From the NCBI GenBank assembly GCA_051003155.1, contig JBPCLO010000004.1, forward strand, positions 1 to 47,115: a stretch of DNA of 47,115 bases. The letters run 5' to 3'. Under the pieces are notes generated by a model. The model did not search any database. It had not been told where the DNA came from and saw only the letters and a list, made by a program, of their open reading frames with translations. Shown here one piece after another: positions 39,224-47,115 of this stretch. A program made the translations under genes and the position numbers. This stretch comes from Fimbriimonadales bacterium. GTDB taxonomy: Bacteria > Armatimonadota > Fimbriimonadia > Fimbriimonadales > ATM1. Numbering within the stretch: position 1 is the stretch's first letter; every line of letters starts with the position of its first letter.

Positions 39224-39838
39224 TCAAACCTCACCCCACCGGGTGATTATCGGGACACCCCGCTGTTCCTTGAGTCGCCAATGCAGCGCCAATCCGACTC
39301 GGTCGCGCAAGCAAAGCTTTCGCAAAACATTGCCAAGGTGGGTCTTAACCGTGTTCTTGCTGACACATAAGGCCCGCGCTATCTCGTTGTTGGTCATGCC
39401 CGCCGCGACAAGCCTGGCGACGTCGACCTCGCGAGCACTCAGCTTCTCGACGAAGTCTTGTTCGCGACGATTTGCCGGGAATAGCTCGCATATCGTATGG
39501 GTGATGATGTCGGAAGCCAATTCTTTCGTCAAGAAGGCGTCCGCCCCATTTTTCAGCGCGCCCGCCTTGGCGGCCCTGCCGTATCCGGTCATCGCGACAA
39601 TCTTCGCCTGAGGGCACATCTTCTTGACGCGCTCGATTCCGGCTATGCCGTCGGCATCGGGCAGACGCAGGTCCAACACGATAACATCGGGAATCATTTC
39701 GTCGAGGAAGACGCTGGCTTCGCTAAGGGATCGCGCCCTGCCGACGACCTCAACCCTTCCGTCCAAGGTCAAAACCCGCTCGATTCCTTCGAGGACGATC
39801 TCGTGGTCATCCACCAGCAAGGCGGTAATCATTCTCAT
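39224..39838 (-). CDS. NarL/LuxR family response regulator
   Basis: LVDDHEIV, PDVIVLDLRLP, and HTH LSAREVDV...TNNEIA...TVKTH. Confidence 0.93.
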   Translation of the reverse strand: MRMITALLVDDHEIVLEGIERVLTLDGRVEVVGRARSLSEASVFLDEMIPDVIVLDLRLPDADGIAGIERVKKMCPQAKIVAMTGYGRAAKAGALKNGADAFLTKELASDIITHTICELFPANRREQDFVEKLSAREVDVARLVAAGMTNNEIARALCVSKNTVKTHLGNVLRKLCLRDRVGLALHWRLKEQRGVPIITRWGEV

Positions 39839-39892
39839 TTGCAATGCACCAAAGGTAATCGTGCTCCCGTGCCGACGCGCCTGTATCATTCG

Positions 39893-41362
39893 CTAGGACG
39901 ATTTTGCCCCCATCCAAATCTCGGCAATTAACGCGGTACCCCGATATTCTCTATTCTCCAGATGCAGCATGCCGCCTTGCTCGTTCAGGATCGAGCGGAG
40001 CCGCTGCAGGCCGTACCCCAACGCGATGACCTCTCCCGCGCCCTTGCCATTGTCTTCGAGTTTGGCCGTCAGCTTCTCCCCGACCTGCTCCACCGTGAAA
40101 ACAACGCGTGTGGCCTTTCCGTGCTTTCGGGCATTGTTCAAACCTTCACGCAGCATCATCTCGAGTGACCTCCACTGACCGACGGACAGGCTGATGTCGT
40201 CGCTCACCTTGATCTGCCACTCCCCTTTCCACCTCTCCGTGACGATTCTCTCGATTCGTTCACGTCCCAGCGGCAACCTGGGCGTCACACGCTGGATAAC
40301 CTGGCGCGCCTGGGCGGCGGCTTCACGCGCGATCCTCTTGATGTCGAGAAGCTCCGCCTCGAGTGCCTTGTGAGAGCGAACGTGCCGGGCCGCCTCTGCC
40401 CGCATGTCGAGAGCCGCAAGAGTCTGAAGATACGTGTCGTGAAGCTCGTCGGCAATCCTTTCGCGCTCTTCGCTCGCAGCAGCGCTAATCAAGTCGTCGG
40501 CCATTCTGATTCGCGCAAGGGCGGACGCCGCACGCTCACACATGATTTCGACCAGCGTATCGTCCTTTTGGCTGAACTGCTGCGGTCGTTCACCGACTAA
40601 GTCGCCGAAAATCTCGGACCCCAGCGTGATCTGCCATGTTCTGCGAGGAACTCCGGTCTCGGTCGCCACCGTTCCTACTTCGAACATGGTGCCTTCGACG
40701 ATGCTTACCTTCCCGTAGCTGAGGTCGATCAGCGTGGCCGTTTGCCAAAGAAATACCCGCGATGCGTCACGCTCCGTGACCGTGTTGCCCAACAGGTTAC
40801 CGGTTTGCTCCATCAATGCCAGGGTCTTGGAAAGGTTCGTCAGGTACGCGCTAATAAATGCGATCACCGCGGCCAGAGCGAACCGGCTTACCGTCCCCGC
40901 GATAAATGCTTCAGTATCGACAGGCTGCGGCTGCGGAAGCCGCGTAATCAGGTACTGGGCAACGATGGCCGCCGCCATGGTTGCGACGGGCAAATATCTG
41001 AAGCGGCTTAGCCCGGTGCCAACGACCGCGAAGAGAAACCATAGGTTGAACGGGCTGTTGAATCCGCCGGTCACAACAACCAGCAAAGAGGCCATCAAGA
41101 TGTCGAAGATCGGCGACACGAGCTGGTAGTAGTCCAGCTGGACCCGCTCGCTACGAACCGCGTACCAGGAGAGGGCGGCGTAAACGACGAAGAGCAGCGC
41201 GGCCACTAACGCCACGGGCGTCGAGCCCGTCGGAACCCCATAACCAAGAGCGATAACCGCCAGATCGGCAATCGCAAGCAAGAGCCTCACGATCGCGACC
41301 TTTTCCGAAAGAATCCTCTCGTGGAAAAGCTCGAACCGCCGCGCAGGCTCCCTCACACTCAC
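39893..41362 (-). CDS. Membrane sensor histidine kinase (HisKA_3 type); start uncertain
   Basis: About 5-6 TM helices, EERERIADELHD, REGLNNARKHG, DNGKG, GYGL. Confidence 0.88.
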   Translation of the reverse strand: MSVREPARRFELFHERILSEKVAIVRLLLAIADLAVIALGYGVPTGSTPVALVAALLFVVYAALSWYAVRSERVQLDYYQLVSPIFDILMASLLVVVTGGFNSPFNLWFLFAVVGTGLSRFRYLPVATMAAAIVAQYLITRLPQPQPVDTEAFIAGTVSRFALAAVIAFISAYLTNLSKTLALMEQTGNLLGNTVTERDASRVFLWQTATLIDLSYGKVSIVEGTMFEVGTVATETGVPRRTWQITLGSEIFGDLVGERPQQFSQKDDTLVEIMCERAASALARIRMADDLISAAASEERERIADELHDTYLQTLAALDMRAEAARHVRSHKALEAELLDIKRIAREAAAQARQVIQRVTPRLPLGRERIERIVTERWKGEWQIKVSDDISLSVGQWRSLEMMLREGLNNARKHGKATRVVFTVEQVGEKLTAKLEDNGKGAGEVIALGYGLQRLRSILNEQGGMLHLENREYRGTALIAEIWMGAKSS

Positions 41363-41719
41363 CGGGCTATTGTTCCCTAATTCCAGCAAGGAAATATGGT
41401 TAGGCCGGGGCTCCTTCGCCGACCAGACGCGGATCGGATCCGTCGTCGATGGCACTTCGAGAGGCGGGTGTGGTTGCCCACTCCCCGCGATGACTCGTAC
41501 GTGGGATGCTATCCTGCGGTGTTTGGAAGGTCGAGGTCCGACACGGGGTTCGGGTGCCAAACGGAGCTGGGTCCGGCATCACGATCCACCGGGTCGCGAT
41601 CCCCGACCCCGTCGGATACCCCTATCCATTGCGCTGGATGGCCCCGACGTGCCAAAACCCACGCATGGTACTATGTGCGACCCTCGCGAAACTCCTTCCA
41701 ACCCTGGCACGGGTACAGG

Positions 41720-41977
41720 ACCGGTGCATCGCACGTAGTTCCGACATGCCTAAAGCTCGCGGAGGACGGCAGGGACATGATGATGCGCGCTTACGAGTCG
41801 CTCGGCGTACCGGCAAATGCCCGCATTCGCCTGGGGGTTCCGGCGTCGTGAGGCAGCTGGGTCAATTTCCTCGAAGACCGGCTCGCGGATGCGGCTGTCT
41901 CCGCCAATGCGGTCGACGCGATCTTCCGACCTTGGGAAACCAAGACGCTCAAGCTGGCCCTCCCGAGATGCCGATAG
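41720..41977 (+). pseudogene. Remnant of a GH38 alpha-mannosidase C-terminal domain
   Basis: VVPTCLKLAEDGRDMMMRAYESLG...*GSWVNFLED...FRPWETKTLKL; internal TGA at 41849-41851; rest of gene absent. Confidence 0.7.
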
Positions 41978-42001
41978 GTAGAAAAGCGTTAACATTAACG
42001 C

Positions 42002-43981
42002 GTGCGCACCGCACTCGAAGCCGTCTCCGATAAACTGAGGGCTTTGCCCGCCAAACCAGGCTGCTATATCTACCTGGACGAGCAGGGTTCGATTCTATAC
42101 GTCGGCAAGGCGCTCAACCTGAAGTCGCGAGTGCGCTCATACTTCCAGAAGTCGACGATTCACGGAAACCGGATCGCTCAGATGGTCTCGAAAATCCGCG
42201 ACCTGGAATGGATCGTTGTGGACAGCGAACTCGAGGCCCTGGTCTTGGAATGCAACCTGATCAAGGAGCACCGGCCGCCATTCAACGTGCGGCTTCGCGA
42301 CGACAAGAGCTACCCGTACATCGTCATCACGAAGGAGACCTACCCGCGTGTGATGTTCACAAGGAAGCTGCGCAAGGATGGCTCGAAATACTTCGGACCG
42401 TATTCAAATGCCGGTTCCGTTCGCGAAACACTCGGGCTCTTGCATAGGGTGTTCAAGCTGATCCCATGCGGGAAAAGCTGGACGGGCGAGCCGGTTCAGC
42501 GGCCCTGCCTGTATTTTCACATGGGCCAATGTCTTGCGCCATGCGCCGGGCTTGCCGAACCGAAGGAGTACGCCAAGCAAATCGAGAGCGTCCGGCTGTT
42601 CCTGAACGGCCGGCAAGACCAATTGGTCAAGGACATGAAGTTGCGCATGCTCGAAGCTTCGAAGAACCTCGACTACGAAGCGGCGGCTCGAGTCAGAGAC
42701 GCGATTACCTCGATCGAGTCGGTACTCGAACGGCAGAAGGTCGTTGCCAGCTCGCAGAAGGACCAAGATGTTGTGGCTGTCGTGAAAGACGATCGGGGCG
42801 CGGCGGTACAAATGTTCTACGTCCGGGGTGGCAAGCTGATCGGCCAGCGGCATTTTTATCTGGAAGGCGCAGCCGACACGAACCCGGGCGAGACGGTCGA
42901 GGAGTTTGTAAAGCGGTACTACACCGATGCGCCTGAGATTCCCCGCGAGGTCTTGCTCCCGGTCGAAATCGAAGAGCGCAACATCGTTCAAACATGGCTG
43001 CGGCAAAAGCGCGGCGCGGCGGTGACAGTCGAGGTTCCGAAGGGCGGCGAGAAGCTGAGGCTCGTCGAACTCGCCGCGACGAACGCAGAGCTGGCCCTGC
43101 AGCAGATGCAGCAAGAGCAGTCGGCCCTGGAGGAATGGGCAGCGGCGGCGTCTGCGCAACTGCAGAAGACCCTGAGCCTCGACACCCCTCCCCACCGGAT
43201 CGAGTGCTACGACATCTCGAACACGCAGGGCACGTCGCCCGTGGGATCGATGGTGGTTTTCGAGGGAGGTTCGCCCGCGAAGGACCAATACCGCCGGTTC
43301 AAGATTAAGTACAACCCCGAGTCACCTGACGACTTCGCGATGATGCGCGAGACGATCCTTCGCCGGCTCCGGGCTTATAAAGACGGCAACGAGCAGTTCC
43401 AAAGGCTCCCCGACCTGATGGTTATCGACGGAGGTCGCGGGCAGCTCGGCGCCGCGTTGAAAGCGATGTCCGATGTCGGCCTCTCCCTCCCCGCCATCGG
43501 CCTCGCCAAAAAGCACGAACTGATTTTCCGGCCCCCCCCTGGGGGCGGGGAAAGTTCTCTCGCCCCCGGAGCCTCACGTCTTCCTTGGGGTGTTGCATCG
43601 AGTGAACCCGGTTTCGGGGCAGAGGGTGGGGAATCGCCATGCCAAGCCCCGACGATCCATTGGTCAGATCCCGGACATGCCCAGACCGACCCGAGCCCGA
43701 TCGAACTCCCGATGAGCTCGCCGGGCCTGCTTCTGATCCGGCGTCTCCGCGACGAGGCGCACCGGTTCGCGCTGTCCTACCATCGAAAGCTCCGCGACAA
43801 GCGAATGTTCGGCTCACCGCTCGACGAGATCGTGGGCGTCGGCCCCCGCCGGCGACGGTTGCTCTTGCGCACCTTCGGCTCGGTGCAAAACATCCGGAGG
43901 GCCACCGTAGAAGAAATCGCGAGCGTGCCCACGATGACCACTTCGATCGCGAAGCGGGTGAAAGATGCGCTGGACGACTAA
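42002..43981 (+). CDS. uvrC: Excinuclease ABC subunit C
   Basis: PGCY...YVGKA..LKSRVRSYF, RIECYDIS, PDLMVIDGGRGQL, RDEAHRFA and HhH motifs. Confidence 0.97.
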   Translation: MRTALEAVSDKLRALPAKPGCYIYLDEQGSILYVGKALNLKSRVRSYFQKSTIHGNRIAQMVSKIRDLEWIVVDSELEALVLECNLIKEHRPPFNVRLRDDKSYPYIVITKETYPRVMFTRKLRKDGSKYFGPYSNAGSVRETLGLLHRVFKLIPCGKSWTGEPVQRPCLYFHMGQCLAPCAGLAEPKEYAKQIESVRLFLNGRQDQLVKDMKLRMLEASKNLDYEAAARVRDAITSIESVLERQKVVASSQKDQDVVAVVKDDRGAAVQMFYVRGGKLIGQRHFYLEGAADTNPGETVEEFVKRYYTDAPEIPREVLLPVEIEERNIVQTWLRQKRGAAVTVEVPKGGEKLRLVELAATNAELALQQMQQEQSALEEWAAAASAQLQKTLSLDTPPHRIECYDISNTQGTSPVGSMVVFEGGSPAKDQYRRFKIKYNPESPDDFAMMRETILRRLRAYKDGNEQFQRLPDLMVIDGGRGQLGAALKAMSDVGLSLPAIGLAKKHELIFRPPPGGGESSLAPGASRLPWGVASSEPGFGAEGGESPCQAPTIHWSDPGHAQTDPSPIELPMSSPGLLLIRRLRDEAHRFALSYHRKLRDKRMFGSPLDEIVGVGPRRRRLLLRTFGSVQNIRRATVEEIASVPTMTTSIAKRVKDALDD

Positions 43982-44053
43982 GTTGACGGGGTTTGGTGGT
44001 TCAGGATCTATATGCAAGGTCGTGAGAAGCGAGCGGCAAAACGGTAATCTCGA

Positions 44054-44770
44054 GTGAGCATGGCCCTCGACCTGAACGAAGAGCGCGCGCCGTACTGCGC
44101 CCTGCATGAGCAGGGCTGTTTCGTTATTCCCAACCCCTTGCGCTCGCCTTCGACCAGCGCGGGCTTCGCGCATTCGCTGGGACGGGGGGACAACGGGATC
44201 ACGATCGAGGAGGCGCTCGAGCACGTGCGCGAACTCTCGGCTTCGACCGCCCTGCCAGTCAACGCCAGACTTCGAGAATGGCTTCGCGGCTCGCCCGAAG
44301 GCGTCACCGAGAGTGTTCGCTTGCTACCGAGACCGATGTCTCGGGATTCTAATCGAGGATGGGACCTGAGTTGACCCGTATTCGATGAAACTCGCAGTGG
44401 AACGAATCGCTGCCGCCCGAAGGGCGGTGGATGAATCATGCCAGAACGTACTTCTCGTCGCCCTAACCGGGCCCGCTGACCGTGAAGCTGGGCCCGGACG
44501 AGGCAATCGGCCGCCTCGTCGCGTTCTAGAATGCGGGGGAATCCTTGTTCGCGCCCGCTGTAAAGGCCCATTGCTGACGTGGAGAGAATGGCTTCGGCCG
44601 TCGCGCCGACGCCGATCAATATTTCTACTGATGGGTCCGGATATGAACGTGAGCGAGCTTGCCGTGGCAGGGGGCACCGTATCAGCACCGGCTCAAGCCC
44701 CCTTGCAAACGCGGCTTGGTCGGGTTTTCGAGGATGCCGCTGCTGCGGTCATTCTTCGCTCGGGTAACCT
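44054..44770 (+). pseudogene. Degraded isocitrate lyase / PEP mutase family gene
   Basis: Fragments in shifting frames: ALHEQGCFVIPNP, TSAGFAHSLG, LPVNA/DFENGF, LAVERIAAAR, AVAPTPIN, RISTG; deletions, frameshifts and stops. Confidence 0.8.
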
Positions 44771-44827
44771 AGCCAATTCTTCGATGCTCCATCTGGAGAT
44801 GGGCCAACCTTGGACTATAATGAATAT

Positions 44828-45673
44828 GTGGACCCAAACGCCACCCAATCGCTGAGCGTCGACCCGAATCGGACTCAGATGACAGCGGGGCCGAGCCTCA
44901 ATGTCACCCAGACCATACAGCCGGTGCAGTGTCCGGTCTGCAAGACCTTTAACCCGGCTGGCGAGGGGTTCTGCATCGAGTGCGGCCTGATCTTCGAGAG
45001 CGCGCTGCCGGAGGACGCGTTCGCTGCGCCTGCCGTTCGGCGGCCCGGCCTTGTCGACGAGAACGGGCGGGAGCACTTCCTACGGCCGGGGGCGAACATC
45101 GTGGGGCGAGAGGGGGACATTCTAATTGTGGATTCGCGCGTCAGCCGCAAGCACGCCCAAGTGACCCTCGATGGGGCCGAAGTAACTGTGAAAGACCTGG
45201 GCAGCACGAACGGCACAACTGTTGCGGGTCAACTCCTGGAGCCCGAACAGTCTGCGACACTCGAAGCCGGCGGAAAGGTTCAGTTTGGTGGAGTGGAACT
45301 CACCCTAAGTGTGCCGGGCGAGGCGCAGGGAACGCAGGTTGGCGTCTCACGCGAGACGCAGACCTTGGATACGCCGCCCGTCGTCGAGCAGCCGCGCGCA
45401 TTCTTGCGAGTAGGCGAAGAACGGCATCCGCTGAAGATCGGCGACAACACGTTGGGCAGACGCCCGGGCAATGACGTCGTGCTCACCGACCCTTACGCTT
45501 CAGGGTCGCACGGCAAGATCGAGGTCGAAGAGGGGATCTATTTCACCGACCTCGGCAGCACGAATGGCACGTTCTTGAACGGCGCTAAGATGGGCGCCAA
45601 TGAGCGAGTGCAAATTTCGTCGAACGACGAAATCGTGATCGGACAGATAACATTGAGAATCGAAGATGCCTGA
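44828..45673 (+). CDS. Zinc-ribbon plus two-FHA-domain protein
   Basis: CPVC...CIEC; GRE..VSRKHA..DLGSTNGT and GRR..ASGSHG..DLGSTNGT; GTG start 6 nt after TATAAT. Confidence 0.9.
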   Translation: MDPNATQSLSVDPNRTQMTAGPSLNVTQTIQPVQCPVCKTFNPAGEGFCIECGLIFESALPEDAFAAPAVRRPGLVDENGREHFLRPGANIVGREGDILIVDSRVSRKHAQVTLDGAEVTVKDLGSTNGTTVAGQLLEPEQSATLEAGGKVQFGGVELTLSVPGEAQGTQVGVSRETQTLDTPPVVEQPRAFLRVGEERHPLKIGDNTLGRRPGNDVVLTDPYASGSHGKIEVEEGIYFTDLGSTNGTFLNGAKMGANERVQISSNDEIVIGQITLRIEDA

Positions 45674-46487
45674 GGAGACTACCGCCGAGTTCGCGGCGGG
45701 CGACCTGGTCGTCGATTGGCCGGAACTGAGAGTCGTTCCGAAAGTGACTGTCGCCTGCAAGACCGACCTTGGCCGTGTCCGCGAGAACAACGAGGACAAA
45801 TTCGAGTTCTATATTCCTGAGTCTGAAAACATGCTTGCGGCGCGTGGTAGCGCCTTCATCGTTTGCGACGGCATGGGTGGCCATGCGGCGGGCCAAATCG
45901 CCAGCGAACTCACCTGCAAGACTTTCATCGACGTGTACCTGCACCACTCTTCACCCGACCCGGTTATTGCCGCACGAGCGGCGGTCGAAGCCGCGAATCG
46001 GTTCGTGGTCGACGTGGGCCGGTCGGTGCCGGGCAGGAAGGGCATGGGGACGACGCTCAGTTGTGTAATTCTTTGCCAAGACCGGGCGATCAGCGTGCAG
46101 GTGGGCGATTCGCGGGGCTATCGGCTTCGAGACGGTGTTCTTGAGCAGATCACCGAAGAGCATTCCTTTGTGGAGGAGCAGGTGCGGCAAGGATTTATGA
46201 CGCGTGAGGAGGCCGAAAGAAGCCCGTACTCCCACGTTTTGACGAGGGCGATCGGGGTGGAGGATCGCGCCGAACCACACGTCGCTGTCCACGACCTGCG
46301 CGAGGGGGACATTTTTCTGCTTTGCTCCGACGGCCTCACCAACCATGTGCCGGACCCACAAATGGCAGACATGCTGACCCGATTCGCCCCTGGCGAGGCG
46401 GTTTGGAAGCTCGTGGCAGCGGCGCTCGTCGATGGTGGCAGCGACAACTGCACGGCCCTATACGTCCGCGTCGATTCGATCGGCTAA
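45666..46487 (+). CDS. PP2C family Ser/Thr phosphatase (Stp1/PrpC-like)
   Basis: GRVRENNED, VCDGMGGHAAG, GMGTT, VGDSRGY, LCSDGL, GGSDN. Confidence 0.95.
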   Translation: MPEETTAEFAAGDLVVDWPELRVVPKVTVACKTDLGRVRENNEDKFEFYIPESENMLAARGSAFIVCDGMGGHAAGQIASELTCKTFIDVYLHHSSPDPVIAARAAVEAANRFVVDVGRSVPGRKGMGTTLSCVILCQDRAISVQVGDSRGYRLRDGVLEQITEEHSFVEEQVRQGFMTREEAERSPYSHVLTRAIGVEDRAEPHVAVHDLREGDIFLLCSDGLTNHVPDPQMADMLTRFAPGEAVWKLVAAALVDGGSDNCTALYVRVDSIG

Positions 46488-46635
46488 CGTTCGCGGAACG
46501 TGCCGCTCGTTCCATTTGTTGCTCGGTTTTGCCGTCGGAGGGTTGGAAGGAGGAAACGATGGGATCCAGTCGTTCTCCTCCCACCGGGTCGTCAGGCTTC
46601 GACGAGCATCTTGCTGAGCCTGGGCACGCCCACCG

Positions 46636-47009
46636 TTATGCTTCTTCGTCGATGCTCGTTAAAAAGTCCTCAACTTCTTTCAACTGGTGAAAGCCTTCGT
46701 GAAGGCTCCGTTCAGTAGCTTCTTCGTCCGTCGTCTTACTCAACGGTGTGTCACTCCTTGACATCCAACGGCTGTACAACTCGTCTAATCTGAATCCCAA
46801 ACGTTTCTCACAATGCCCCGCGAGCTCGTCGTACAGTTCAGGGTTGCAGAGCCTTAGCCACGAAAGGTGCTTGCTTTGCTCAATCTTCTTAGCGATCAGG
46901 TTACATTCCTCTTCCATTGGATCATCACCCAGGAGTGGTTCATGTAAGGCAATTGCGTCTAACATATAAGCCACGGCGCGGAAGTCCTCGTGACTGGTAC
47001 CCCATAATC
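46636..47009 (-). pseudogene. 3' part of a low-GC hypothetical gene cut off by the IS insertion
   Basis: About 124 open codons with lower GC; the listed start codon lies inside the IS end. Confidence 0.5.
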
Positions 47010-47115
47010 TGACCACCCCTGAGTTTTAGTTTCCGTCTCAAGAAACAAGGAGACGCGAAAATGAACAGAGGAAAACGCTACAGCGAGGACCAGATCATAA
47101 GGGTTCTCAAGGAGA
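47010..47115 (+). mobile_element. Left end of an IS3-family insertion sequence with the start of orfA
   Basis: 5'-TGACCACCCC terminus; RBS AAGGAG; ATG 47061 gives MNRGKRYSEDQIIRVLKE, a typical IS3 OrfA HTH start. Confidence 0.8.

Noticed and set aside
41363..41560. 66-aa N-terminal extension of the histidine kinase ORF
   Set aside because: Pro/Arg-rich and overlaps inverted repeats; probably upstream of the true start
41692..46551. Shared 14-mer CTCCTTCCAACCCT near 41692 (plus) and 46538-46551 (minus)
   Set aside because: A 14-mer match is expected by chance in 47 kb searched on both strands, and the match does not extend

Overview
High-GC (about 60%) bacterial chromosome segment of mostly housekeeping and envelope genes; the protein repertoire suggests a diderm Armatimonadota/Fimbriimonadia-like organism (inference only). 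Contents: kynU-kynB, lgt, a CIRCE-controlled groES-groEL operon, a DtxR/FeoA plus split-FeoB iron-uptake operon, an LptC/LptA-like protein, two PilB-type ATPases and PilC, a rhomboid-DUF5693-csaB-methyltransferase cluster with glycosyltransferases, an Asp-box repeat protein, murA-mreB-SLH-like, Ser/Thr kinase, FHA and PP2C genes, kbl, dodecin, a divergent ilvC, a two-component pair, uvrC, two decayed pseudogenes and the left end of an IS3-family element at the right edge. The most unusual region is about 9.0-10.95 kb: a broken small-protein/nucleotidyltransferase pair whose nucleotidyltransferase N-terminus is fused in frame to a restriction-endonuclease-fold polymorphic toxin tip, followed by a candidate immunity gene and short RHS, RAYT-like and REP-like scraps. 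Other signals: many apparently leaderless genes, a low-GC patch inside kbl, a hairpin-rich in-frame insertion in uvrC, and five single-base indels at homopolymers that are probably assembly errors. Family names come from motif recognition, not database searches.
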